NCBI GenBank assembly: GCA_965237415.1
Contig: CBDEFM010000002.1
Location: 2,048,001 to 2,112,000, forward strand
Length of the DNA: 64,000 nucleotides
Source of the DNA: Alphaproteobacteria bacterium
GTDB taxonomy: Bacteria; Pseudomonadota; Alphaproteobacteria; UBA828
Direction: 5' to 3'
Both the position numbers and the translations under genes were made by a program. How positions within the stretch are numbered: the first letter of the stretch is position 1; every line of letters starts with the position of its first letter. This document shows positions 1-9,504 of this stretch, piece after piece. The notes beneath the pieces were generated by a model. The model was not told where the DNA came from and searched no databases. It was given only the letters and a program-made list of their open reading frames with translations.

Positions 1-1
1 C

Positions 2-223
2 TGGCCCGTTCAGGAGCACTATCGGCTCAAGAAGGAACTCTGGAGCTTCACGGCAAACCGCATTTCGGTGCGCTTCATCAGCGAGTGGCGCCACCGCGAC
101 ACCGGCCAGTGGTACCGGACATTCGGCAACGAGCACTGGGAGTTCGCGCCCGACGGGTTGCAGAGCGTGCTCGATGTCTCCGCCAACGACATCCCGATGG
201 ACGAGTCAGAGCGTAGCCTCTAG
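2..223 (+). CDS. DUF1348 / NTF2-like (SnoaL-like) protein, 3' part (truncated by window edge)
   Basis: Frame 2 reads WPVQEHYRLKKELWSFTANRISVRFISEWRHRDTGQWYRTFGNEHWEF...SANDIP, matching the DUF1348 pattern YRLxKELW...RIxVRF...GNExWEF; TAG at 221-223. Confidence 0.85.
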   Translation, partial: WPVQEHYRLKKELWSFTANRISVRFISEWRHRDTGQWYRTFGNEHWEFAPDGLQSVLDVSANDIPMDESERSL

Positions 224-308
224 CCCGGAATTTTCATTGCGGTTGTGGGCCGCACGGCGCTATCGGGCCGGGACGTGAGGGCGACGTTGGCCCGCTCCCC
301 ACACCCGC

Positions 309-553
309 CTCCCCGGACCATGGTGCGCTGTGCGATGCGCGGCTCCCGCGCCAGGATGGCGCCATGCAGGGGGAGAGCGAACGGGCCACGGCAGGCGGGA
401 TGGGCGGGCGCTCGCCGGCAATGCGACGGGCGGCCGCTTGTCCCACGGAATCCCACTTATCCCACTTAATCCCACTTTATCCCGCCGAATCCCGCCAAGA
501 AATTAAGTTCTCGGCCTGCGACGCAAGCCGCGATCACGGTGAGACGTGCAGGC
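309..553 (+). repeat. Dispersed intergenic element with phased ATCCC array, copy A
   Basis: Core 439-510 TGTCCCACGGAATCCCACTTATCCCACTTAATCCCACTTTATCCCGCCGAATCCCGCCAAGAAATTAAGTTC; core and both flanks match the reverse complement of 32260-32595. Confidence 0.85.
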
Positions 554-556
554 CAA

Positions 557-2275
557 TCACCAGCCCAGCGCGCGGCTCATGCGCCGGGGGTCGGCGGCGC
601 CTTCGAGCTCGCCCGTCTCGAGGTGCTTGCGGACCGCGCACACGCCGCCTGTCCAGTGCGACCACTCGTCCAGGCGCTCGACGCGGTGCCCGCGCGCGGC
701 GAGCCGGTCGCTCGTTGCCTCGTCGATGCGTCCTTCGAGGGTGACGAGGCCGGGACGCGCGGCGTGGGGCGCGAAGGAATTGGGATGGCTGTGGGTGACG
801 AGACGCGGGGCCTCCACCGCATCCTGCAGCGCCATGCCGAAGGCCAGGCGGTTGAGCAGGAACTGCAGGTTGGCCTGGATCTGCGTGTCGCCGCCGGGGG
901 TCCCGAACGGCATGATCCAGCGACCGGGAGCGAGCGCGAAGCAGGGGTTAGGCGTGAGACGGGGCCGTTTGCCCGGCGCGAAGCAGGAGGGATGACCGCG
1001 CATCGCCCACGATTGGGCGCCGCGGGACGACACCGCCAGCCCCGTTCCCGGCACCACCGGCGTATCCCAGCTCGTATCCGAGGGTGTCGAGCACAATGCG
1101 TTCCCCTCGCCGTCGATGACGCAGACGATCGACGTATCGGGCGAAGGCCCGGCGGGCGCGTCGCTTGCGGCGACCGGCGAGACGTATGCCTCGTGGCCGG
1201 GGATCCGGCCGGGAGGCGGCATTGCGGGAGATGCCTTGCGCGGGTCGATGGCCTTGCTCCGCTCCGCTGCGTAGGCGCGTCCCAAGAGCGTATCGAGAGG
1301 GATGTCCACGAAATCCGGGTCGCCGAGATAGCCTTCCCTGTCGGCGAAGGTGAGCTTGAGGGTCTCTGCGATCGTATGGAGGTACGCATCCGTGCCGCAC
1401 CCCTGCTCGCCTACGCCCGCCGCCTCGGCGATGGAAAGCGCTTCGAGCAGGAACGGACCCTGGCACCACGCGCCGCAGGTGTGAACCTCGACCTCCTCGC
1501 CGCCCAAGCGAAAACGGCGCGAGACCGAAGGCACGATCTGGCAACGGAAGGACTCCAGGTCGTCCGCCGCGAGAAGCCCGTCGTGCTCCTTCTGATGCGC
1601 GAGGATTCGGCGCGCGATGTCGCCTCGGTAAAACGCATGGCGCACCGCCGCGAGGCCGGCCATGCGGTCGTCGCCGGCCGCGCGCTCCTCATCGCAGAGA
1701 AATTGCAGGACCCGGCCCAGATCGGCCTGGACCAGCCGCTCGCCCGGCGCCGGCACCTCGCCGCCGGGCATCCAGATTGCGACGTTCTCCGGCCACTGGC
1801 GGAACTCGTCGGCGTACTTGCGCACGTAGTCGAGCATGACCCGGTGACGGGGAAAGCCGTGCGAAGCGTAGCGCACGGCGCGCGCCGCCACGTCGCGGAA
1901 TGTCATCGTGCCCCATCGCTCCAACGCCTGGATGCAGGCATCGGGGGCGGCCGGCACGACGGTGCGGCGCACCCCGAGCGGAATGGTTCCCCCGTGGCGT
2001 TCGATGAAGGCTTCCGCGTCGAGCGCCCGCGGCCAGCCGCCGACGCCTGCAATCGTGACCACCTCGCCGGTCTCCGCGAGCCGGACGATCATCGGCGCGA
2101 CCCCGGCGATGCTCACCTGATCGCTGTAGACCACGCCGAGGGTGAGGATTGCGGCGACCCCTGCGTCGATCGCGTTGCCGCCGCTCTCAAGCGCCTCGAA
2201 CGCGGCCAGTGTCGCGAGTTCATGCCCCGTGCTGGCAACGTAGTGATGGCCACGGGTGACGGGCACGACGGACAT
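557..2275 (-). CDS. Gamma-glutamyltransferase-family (Ntn) hydrolase
   Basis: GGNAIDAGVAA, DTS nucleophile site, PGKRPRLTPNP, FGTPGGD and GAADPRR motifs; start taken at MSVVPV (ATG 2275). Confidence 0.9.
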   Translation of the reverse strand: MSVVPVTRGHHYVASTGHELATLAAFEALESGGNAIDAGVAAILTLGVVYSDQVSIAGVAPMIVRLAETGEVVTIAGVGGWPRALDAEAFIERHGGTIPLGVRRTVVPAAPDACIQALERWGTMTFRDVAARAVRYASHGFPRHRVMLDYVRKYADEFRQWPENVAIWMPGGEVPAPGERLVQADLGRVLQFLCDEERAAGDDRMAGLAAVRHAFYRGDIARRILAHQKEHDGLLAADDLESFRCQIVPSVSRRFRLGGEEVEVHTCGAWCQGPFLLEALSIAEAAGVGEQGCGTDAYLHTIAETLKLTFADREGYLGDPDFVDIPLDTLLGRAYAAERSKAIDPRKASPAMPPPGRIPGHEAYVSPVAASDAPAGPSPDTSIVCVIDGEGNALCSTPSDTSWDTPVVPGTGLAVSSRGAQSWAMRGHPSCFAPGKRPRLTPNPCFALAPGRWIMPFGTPGGDTQIQANLQFLLNRLAFGMALQDAVEAPRLVTHSHPNSFAPHAARPGLVTLEGRIDEATSDRLAARGHRVERLDEWSHWTGGVCAVRKHLETGELEGAADPRRMSRALGW

Positions 2276-2377
2276 GGCAGCCTGCGAACGAGTAGGGGGG
2301 CCGGACCGGCGGAGTATAGACTGTAATGCAGCGACGACGCTTCGCCTGCCAGCAAGACTCGCGGAGGCCAGCGATCC

Positions 2378-3142
2378 ATGCAACCTGTTTGTCTCGTTAT
2401 CGGTGCCGGCGCCGGCATCGGGAGCCATGTCGGAAGCCGCTTCGCCCGCGAGGGCTACCACGCGGTCCTTTGCCGGCGGACGGATCAGGAGGGCCTGGGC
2501 AGGTCGGTCGCCAGCATTAGAGGCGAGGGCGGCGCTGCATCGGGCTTCCTGCTGAACGCCGTGGCGCCCGGCGCCATCGAAGAGCGGATCGCCGCGATCG
2601 AAGCGGATATCGGCCCGATCGAGGTGGTGGTCTACAACCTGGGGGCACAGATCGGCGACCGGCCGCTCGCGGACACCAGCCACAAGGCGTTCGAATTGGG
2701 CTGGCGCTTGGCGACCTTCGGCCTGTTCAGGACCGCGGCCAGCGTCTGTCCGTTGATGGAGAAGCGGGGCCGCGGGACCATCCTCGTCACATCGGCCACC
2801 GCCGCGATGCGCGGCAACAAGGGCCAGCATTCGCATGCGGCTGCCATGGCAGGCCGGCGCATGCTGTGCCAGACCCTCAATGCGGAGTTCGGCCCCAAGG
2901 GCATTCATGTCGCTCACATCGTCGTCGACGGCATGGTCGATGCGCCCGATACGCTCGGCAGGATGCTGGGCGAGGAAGCGTTCCAGAGGCTCCGGGAAGA
3001 GCGGGGATTAGAGCATGACGGATTGCTGCTTCCCGCCAGGATCGCCGATAGCTACGTCCACCTTTCCCAGCAGCACCGATCCGCGTGGACATTCGAGCTC
3101 GATCTCAGGCCGTTCTCCGACACGCCGTGGTGGAATAGCTGA
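2378..3142 (+). CDS. SDR family NAD(P)-dependent oxidoreductase
   Basis: IGAGAGIG Rossmann motif, VVYNLG, GIHVAHIVVDG, QHRSAWTFELDLRP C-terminus. Confidence 0.9.
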   Translation: MQPVCLVIGAGAGIGSHVGSRFAREGYHAVLCRRTDQEGLGRSVASIRGEGGAASGFLLNAVAPGAIEERIAAIEADIGPIEVVVYNLGAQIGDRPLADTSHKAFELGWRLATFGLFRTAASVCPLMEKRGRGTILVTSATAAMRGNKGQHSHAAAMAGRRMLCQTLNAEFGPKGIHVAHIVVDGMVDAPDTLGRMLGEEAFQRLREERGLEHDGLLLPARIADSYVHLSQQHRSAWTFELDLRPFSDTPWWNS

Positions 3143-3409
3143 CGCCGCATCGTCCGGCCGCGCTATTCGACCCGTCAACACGCTGGCCTGCATTGACGCA
3201 AGCGCTCGGATTTGCCACGCTGCGAGCGTAGACTCATGCACTTATTTGGAGCGTATGATCCGCAGGTCCGCTGCACCAACGCACACGCGGACGCAGGAGA
3301 TTCATACTTGGTGGTCGTTACCGAGGAGACGCGTTAAGCGGCCGGCGATGAAGCAGGGTCAGGCGTGGAACTCCATGCCGTCCACTGACACGTTCGTTGG
3401 GCGATAGCG

Positions 3410-4285
3410 ATGCGCGTGCAATTTGGCGAAGGCGCCGATCGCCTCTCTTGGGCTTATCCGAAGCTCAGCCCTCAGCTCAAGAAGTGCGCCGCCTACCTCC
3501 TGGAGCACCCGAGCGAGGTCGCTACGTTCTCCATGCGTCAGCTGGCGGCGAAAGCGGATGTACCCCCAAGCACCATGAACCGACTCGCGCGGGCGCTCGA
3601 CTTCGACACCTACGACGAGTTCCGCGCGCTCTACCGCGACAGCATCAACGAGCAATCGGCAGGCTATTCGCTTGAGGGCGGACAGGTGCGGGCGGTCGCG
3701 CGCGAAAGCGAATTCGATCATGCTCTCAATGCCTTCCAGCAAGCAGCGGTCAACAATATCAACACCCTGTTCGACCACATCGACCGCGCAGCCCTGGAGC
3801 GGGCGGTGCAGGCGTTGACGGCTGCCCGTAACGTCCTCGTGGTCGGCATGCACACGTCTCATGCATCGGCGGACCACTTGCATCGTATAGCGGCCATGGG
3901 GTTCAACAACTGGCACCTGCTGGCGCGCGACAAAGCCGACGCCTCTCATCTGGTGGAGGCTTTGGCGCCTGCCGATGCCGTCGTCTGTATCGCCGTCGAG
4001 CCCTGCGCGGCCGATTCCATCAGGGTTGCCCGGCGCGCCCGGGAGGCCGGCGCTCGAGTCATCGGGATCACCGATCGTCGGACGTCACCGCTGGCCGCCT
4101 GCTCGGACGACATCCTGCTTATTTCGGTGCACAGCCCGAGCCTTTTTCCATCTTACGTTGGCGCTATGGCCCTGATAGAAGTGTTGGTGGGTATGATCGC
4201 AGCGCGCGGCGATCGCTCGGTAGTCGAGACCATCGACAAGTCGAAACGTTTCCGCCGAGAGATGGGAGAATATTGGAACGAATGA
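3410..4285 (+). CDS. MurR/RpiR family transcriptional regulator
   Basis: N-terminal HTH (LSPQLKKCAAYLLEHPSEVA...PSTMNRLARAL) plus SIS domain (IGITDRRTSPLA). Confidence 0.9.
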   Translation: MRVQFGEGADRLSWAYPKLSPQLKKCAAYLLEHPSEVATFSMRQLAAKADVPPSTMNRLARALDFDTYDEFRALYRDSINEQSAGYSLEGGQVRAVARESEFDHALNAFQQAAVNNINTLFDHIDRAALERAVQALTAARNVLVVGMHTSHASADHLHRIAAMGFNNWHLLARDKADASHLVEALAPADAVVCIAVEPCAADSIRVARRAREAGARVIGITDRRTSPLAACSDDILLISVHSPSLFPSYVGAMALIEVLVGMIAARGDRSVVETIDKSKRFRREMGEYWNE

Positions 4286-4378
4286 TCCGTTATGCCGATG
4301 ACTTGCGAGTCATGGGCCCCTGATTGCGGTTCCCGTTTCGCGAACTCTAAGTTCGTCCGGATTGCGCCTCAAAATCCG

Positions 4379-4948
4379 TTAGACCTGAGAATGGGTTGGC
4401 GTGTCCGGTCTCGGCAACTCGAGCAGATGTCGCAGAAGCGCCACGAGATCGGTGATGGTCTGCCGATCGAGGTCACCCAGCCATTGATGCTCCCGCGCAT
4501 GCTGGAGCTTGAACGCCTCCTTCACCCGGCGGCGGCCCTTCTCGGTGATCACCACCGTCACCAACCGCCGATCCGCTGACTGCCTTCGGCGCCTGATGAG
4601 TGCGTCCCGCTCGAGGGTATTCAAGACGCTCGACACCGTCCCTCTCGATACGGCGCAGAGCCTCGCGAGTTCGCGCGGTTCGACCTCCTTTTCGATCCAG
4701 GTGCAGAACAGCACCCGGAAGCCCGCCCACGACATGCCGAGCGGCCGGTGAACGTTGGCCTCGAAGTCGTACATCAAGCGATTGGCGACCCGGAATAGAT
4801 CGAAGGTCGCGGCGAACACCGCCGGGTCGACGACGGTCTCCGCCTCCTCGCCAAGCCGCGCGAGGGCGCGCTTCTCGAATGCCGTGGCTTTCGAGGCCGC
4901 ATTAGAGGCGTCGCTCGCACGTGGAGCTGGCCGGCCTTTGTCGCCCAT
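4379..4948 (-). CDS. MarR family transcriptional regulator
   Basis: SRGTVSSVLNTLERDALIRRRRQSADRRLVTVVITEKG winged helix; start MGDKG after an AGAGG-like RBS. Confidence 0.9.
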   Translation of the reverse strand: MGDKGRPAPRASDASNAASKATAFEKRALARLGEEAETVVDPAVFAATFDLFRVANRLMYDFEANVHRPLGMSWAGFRVLFCTWIEKEVEPRELARLCAVSRGTVSSVLNTLERDALIRRRRQSADRRLVTVVITEKGRRRVKEAFKLQHAREHQWLGDLDRQTITDLVALLRHLLELPRPDTPTHSQV

Positions 4949-5145
4949 CGAATGTCCGCCTCTCTTGTTGGGTGGCCGGGGTGCTGGAAGCGGTCGATCG
5001 CCGGCTCGACAGGCTGAGCCGCAGCGCTCCGCCCGGTCACTGCCTTCCATACCCGACCATGGCGTGGCGCAGGCCAGCAAGAGTCGTGCTGGCAGCCCCT
5101 CAGCCCGGTGTGTATCATTTTCGCTGAATAGTAGGGAGAGATACG

Positions 5146-7266
5146 ATGGCAGAGACCACGGTATTCAGCGCCTGTCCGCACGATTGCCCCGATACCTGCG
5201 CCATGCTCACCACGGTCCGTGACGGCAAGGTGATCGACGTGCGCGGCAATCCCGATCATCCGTTCACCCAGGGCGGTCTCTGCGTCAAGGTCAACGACTA
5301 CCAGAACCGGGTCTACAGCGAGGATCGGGTGCTGTATCCGATGCGCCGCGTCGGCGCCAAAGGGGCCGGCGAATTCGAGCGGATCTCGTGGGATGAGGCG
5401 CTCGACGAGATTTCGAGCCGCTGGAACGCGATCATCGATGAAGACGGCCCGAGCGCCATTCTTCCCTACAGCTATCTCGGGACCGAGGGCATTCTCAACG
5501 GCCTCCATGTCGGCGACGCGTTCTTCAACAAGCTCGGCGCCGCGATCTCGGAACGCACATTCTGCGATTCCGGCGCGATCACCGCGTTTTTCATGACCTG
5601 CGGGCCGACCGCGGCGGTCGATCCGGAGAGTTTCGTTTATTCGAAATACATCGTGCTCTGGGCGATCAACACGATCAGCAACAATCTGCACCATTGGCCG
5701 TTCATTGCGGAGGCGCAGCGCCGGGGCGCCAAGGTGGTCGTGATCGATCCTGTCGCGACCCGCACGGCCAAGAAGGCCGACTGGCACATCCCCATCAAGC
5801 CCGGCACCGATGCCGCCCTGGCGCTCGGCATGATCAACGTGATCATCGCCGAGGATCTGGTCAATCACGACTATGTCGAGAAGTACACGGTCGGCTATGA
5901 CGAGCTGGCGGCGCGCGCCGCGAACTTCCCGCCGGACGTGGTCGCCGGGATCACCGGGATTGCGGCCGACGACATCCGCACGCTCGCGCGCGAGTTCGCC
6001 ACCACGCAGCCCTCCGTGATCCGCATGGGCGTCGCCATCGAACGCAATGCCTCCGGCGGCAACGCCGTGCGTGCGCTCTCCTGCCTGCCCGCCCTGGTCG
6101 GCTCGTGGCGGCACTGCGGCGGCGGCATCCTGCACATGCCGATCTGGGCGTTTCCGGTGAAATTCGACGACCTGAGCCGGGCCGACTGGATTCGCGAGGG
6201 AACGCCGGTGATCAATCAGTGGCGGCTCGGCGCGGCGCTGATGGGCGAGCTCGATCAAAAGGTCAATTCGCTGTTCGTCTACAACGCGAACCCGGTGGTG
6301 ATGGTGCCGGAGCAGGACAAGGTGCTGCAGGGCCTCGCGCGCGAGGATCTGTTCACCGTGGTGAGCGAGCATTTCGTCACCGATACCGCGCGTTACGCCG
6401 ACATCGTGCTGCCGGCCACCACGCAACTCGAGCAATTCGATCTCATGTTCTCGTGGGGGCACCTCTATTTGACCCTCAACGAGCCGGCCATTGCGCCCTG
6501 CGGCGAGTCCGTACCCAATACCGAGCTGTTCCGCCGCTTGGCGCGCGCGATGGGCTTCAACGATCCCAGTTGGGATCGGACGGACGAGCAGATGGCGCTC
6601 GATGCGATGGATTGGAGCAGCCCCATGCTCGAAGGGATCGATCTCGCCGGCTTGCGCAAGACCGGCTATGCCCGCCTCAACGTCGGCTCGCCCGAAGAAT
6701 TCGTCCCGCACCGCGAAGGCAACTTCCCGACGCCCTCCGGCAAGGTCGAGTTCAAGTCCTCCATCGCCGAAGGCGCCGGCAACATGGTGTTGCCGCTGTT
6801 CCGCCAAGGCTATGCGGGCGATCAGTCGGGCGAGACGCTGGATCCCTTGCCCAATTTCATTCCGCAGAATGAATCGCCGCAGACCAGTCCCGAGCTGGCC
6901 GCGCGCTATCCTCTCAACATGCTGTCGCCGAAGGCGCACGCCTTCCTCAATTCGTCCTTCGCCAACATGCAGACCCAGTTGCATCACGCCGGCGAGCAAA
7001 TGGTCATGATCAATCCGAGCGACGCCGGCGCGCGCAGAATCGGCGACGGCGACACGGTGCGTGTCCACAACGATCGCGGCGACTTCCAGGCAAAGGCGCG
7101 GGTGAGCGAAGATGCAAGCCCCGGTGTCGTGGTCGCGCCGGTCGGCTATTGGGCGAAACGCGGCGGGAATGGCCGCACGGTGAACGCGATCAACCCGCCA
7201 GCTTTCGCCGACTATGGCGGCGCGCCGACCTTCTCCGACACCCTGGTCGAGGTCAGCGCGGCCTAG
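5146..7266 (+). CDS. Molybdopterin (bis-MGD) oxidoreductase family protein
   Basis: CPHDCPDTC...LCVK [4Fe-4S] motif, ADIVLPATTQLE, TPSGKVEF, C-terminal molydop-binding domain. Confidence 0.92.
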   Translation: MAETTVFSACPHDCPDTCAMLTTVRDGKVIDVRGNPDHPFTQGGLCVKVNDYQNRVYSEDRVLYPMRRVGAKGAGEFERISWDEALDEISSRWNAIIDEDGPSAILPYSYLGTEGILNGLHVGDAFFNKLGAAISERTFCDSGAITAFFMTCGPTAAVDPESFVYSKYIVLWAINTISNNLHHWPFIAEAQRRGAKVVVIDPVATRTAKKADWHIPIKPGTDAALALGMINVIIAEDLVNHDYVEKYTVGYDELAARAANFPPDVVAGITGIAADDIRTLAREFATTQPSVIRMGVAIERNASGGNAVRALSCLPALVGSWRHCGGGILHMPIWAFPVKFDDLSRADWIREGTPVINQWRLGAALMGELDQKVNSLFVYNANPVVMVPEQDKVLQGLAREDLFTVVSEHFVTDTARYADIVLPATTQLEQFDLMFSWGHLYLTLNEPAIAPCGESVPNTELFRRLARAMGFNDPSWDRTDEQMALDAMDWSSPMLEGIDLAGLRKTGYARLNVGSPEEFVPHREGNFPTPSGKVEFKSSIAEGAGNMVLPLFRQGYAGDQSGETLDPLPNFIPQNESPQTSPELAARYPLNMLSPKAHAFLNSSFANMQTQLHHAGEQMVMINPSDAGARRIGDGDTVRVHNDRGDFQAKARVSEDASPGVVVAPVGYWAKRGGNGRTVNAINPPAFADYGGAPTFSDTLVEVSAA

Positions 7267-7296
7267 CTCGGAGTTCTTGCCACGGTCATGGTATGC
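7263..7296 (+). repeat. Solo terminus of the CTAG MITE-like family
   Basis: CTAGCTCGGAGTTCTTGCCACGGTCATGGT resembles the element ends; its TAG is the stop codon of the Mo-oxidoreductase. Confidence 0.55.
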
Positions 7297-7314
7297 GGCC
7301 CGGTCCGGGATCGG

Positions 7315-8573
7315 CTAGCGGACGCGCCTGTCCAGGACACGGGCGGCCTTGCCGCTGAAGCGCTTGAAGGTGTTGGGCGGCACAACTTCAAGAAAAGGCT
7401 TGACCCCGAGGTGCCGATAGAGCGTGCCGAACAGGTTCGATTGCAGTGATTCGTCCGGATGCTCGTACCGCACGGCGATCGTGTCGTTAGCGGCCCGCTT
7501 TCTGTCAACCTCGATCCTCCACTCCGCGCCCGGCATCAACTCTCCGGCCAGCACGTCCTCGATCGCGATGCTCGTACCGCTGGATAGACGAGCGTGCCGC
7601 GCACCTTGATGGCGTCATCGACGCGGCCGACGAGGGTCGTCGCCTGCGGCCAGCCCGACGCATCGCGTTCCGCAGGCAGCGAGACGGCCAGGTCTCTCGT
7701 CCTGTATCGGATCAGCACCGTGCCTTCGCGATAGGGCGTGCTCAGGGTGATTTCGCCGATTTCGCCAGCGCCGACCGGCTCGTCCGCGTCGGGGTGCAGA
7801 AGCTCCGCCACAAAATAGTCGGTGTTGATGTTCAGCCGGCCGCCGAACGGGTCCTCCGGCGGGGCGAATGCCAGGATAGGCCCGCCGGTTTCGGTCGCCC
7901 CGTACAGCTCCTGCCAGCGGAAGCCGGGACCGAAGGCGTCGGAAACGCCGCGTTTCAGCGACGCGCTCGACCCCTCGCCGCCGAGGAGGCCCATCCGGAG
8001 CCCGAGGCCTGAGAGGTCGTCGCCGGATTGAGCGGTCGTCTCAGCCAGCAGGCGCATGTAGGAGGGGGTGGCCGAGATGAGGGTCACCGGCAGCTCCCGC
8101 AGCCACTCGATCACCTGAACGGGGCGCGTCGGCCCGCAAGGCACGGTGCCGGCGCCTGCGGCATGAGCGAGCTCATCGAGCGACGGTGCCCCGATCCAGA
8201 GCCCGCCGCCGTGGGTGTTCAGCAGGACGTCGGTGCGTCCGATCCCGATGCATGTCGCCACCCAGCGATACTGGTCCCGGATCGCGTGCCAATCGCTTTC
8301 GGTAAAGCCGATCATCAGGCGCGGCCCGGTCGTGCCGGACGTCGCCGACACGCGATACATCTCCGACAGCGGACGTGCGCTCAGGGGCAGGCGGCCGAAG
8401 GCTTTTAGGTCCGACTTGGTGCAGGTGGGAAGCGCGTGCAGATCGAGGGACGCCCGGTTGCGGTGGAGGTCGGCATAGAAGGGGATTTCCCGCCGGGCGC
8501 GCGCGATCGTCTCCCGGAGCGACGCCTCGTGGCGGCCTACCTCGCCGATGGCGGGCGCGCGGGCCTCAGCCAC
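7315..8573 (-). pseudogene. Phenylacetate-CoA ligase (PaaK)-family protein, frameshifted near 7570
   Basis: ATSGTTG, ELYGATE, IRYRTRD and GRVDDAIKVRG motifs; the C-terminus (…SGKAARVLDRR) continues in another frame after an 11-bp insertion. Confidence 0.8.
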
Positions 8574-9504
8574 TCTCCGGGCCCTCTTCCCGGTTGCGGC
8601 GGAGGAACGCGTCGCGGTTGTCGAAATAGTCCGAAGGCTCGACGCCGTAGCCTTCGTTCTTCATGCGGTGATAGTCCTTGCCAAGAGCGACTGCTCGGAC
8701 CGCTTTGCTGTTGGCTGGTTGATACCCCACGGCATGGCTTGGGGCGGGCCCTTCGACCACGGTGTTGGTGAGACGGCCTACGCCCTCGATCTCCACCTCG
8801 ACGACGTCGCCCGGCGCCATCGGCCGCGAATTCCAGGGCGTCCCGGTCAGCGCGACGTCGCCCGGCAGCAGGGTGATATGGCGGCTCAGGTCCGCGAGGA
8901 GGTAGTCGATCCCCCAGACCATCTCGCTCACGGGCGCTTCCTGAACGATTTGGCCGTTGAGATAGGTGCGAAGCGTCGAACGCCGCAGGTCCACGCCGCT
9001 CACGATGCCCGGGCCGATGGGGCAGAAGCCGTCCATGCCCTTGACCCGCAACATGGAGCCGGCGTCGGTGCCGCGAAAATCGTGCGCGCCCACGTCATTG
9101 GCAGGCGAGAAGCCCGCGAGATGATCCCAAACCTGCTCGCGGGACGCGTTCTTGAGCGGCCGGCCAACGATCGCGGCGATCTCCCCTTCGTAGTTGAGCC
9201 AATGACAGTTGGCGGGCCGCACCAGATCCCCGCGATGAGCGTTGAGCGCGCTCGGCGGCTTCGCGAAATAGGTCGGGGTTTCGCCGTCGAGATCGCGGCC
9301 GAACTCGACGGCACGCGAACGGAAATTCAAGTGCACGCAAATGATCTTGCTCGGCTCGCAAGGCGGCAAATAGACCGCGTCCCGTTCCGGCAGCTTGCGA
9401 CCGTCGGCCAGCGCAAGCATCTCGCCGTCCGGCTCGCACCACTCAGGTCTGCCGTCGAGCAGGATGCGGCGATGCTCCCGGCGGGGGCCGTCGAGAACGC
9501 TCAT
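8566..9504 (-). CDS. Fumarylacetoacetate hydrolase family protein (HpaG-like)
   Basis: PSKIICVHLN, YEGEIA, PANDVG, KGMDGFCPIGP, TLLPGDVALTGTP. Confidence 0.9.
   Translation of the reverse strand: MSVLDGPRREHRRILLDGRPEWCEPDGEMLALADGRKLPERDAVYLPPCEPSKIICVHLNFRSRAVEFGRDLDGETPTYFAKPPSALNAHRGDLVRPANCHWLNYEGEIAAIVGRPLKNASREQVWDHLAGFSPANDVGAHDFRGTDAGSMLRVKGMDGFCPIGPGIVSGVDLRRSTLRTYLNGQIVQEAPVSEMVWGIDYLLADLSRHITLLPGDVALTGTPWNSRPMAPGDVVEVEIEGVGRLTNTVVEGPAPSHAVGYQPANSKAVRAVALGKDYHRMKNEGYGVEPSDYFDNRDAFLRRNREEGPESG

Noticed and set aside
439-510. ATCCCACTTA array as a CRISPR, a plasmid iteron origin, or a SHLSHLIPL peptide gene
   Set aside because: No spacers and no rep gene; the ORFs crossing the two copies share no common start or length. 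Kept as a non-coding element
539-2326. Long antisense or alternate-frame ORFs (e.g. 539-2326, 4774-7068, 16668-19031, 19185-21254, 35137-37233, 48032-50479)
   Set aside because: Shadow ORFs of high-GC genes; Arg/Ala/Pro-rich, no motifs, and they overlap well-supported genes
2276-2917. N-terminal extension of the first GGT in the ORF track (similar extensions for FAH, triple-Rid, second GGT, phytase-like, plsY, ycbK)
   Set aside because: The extensions overlap neighbouring genes or repeats; family motifs begin at the downstream starts used
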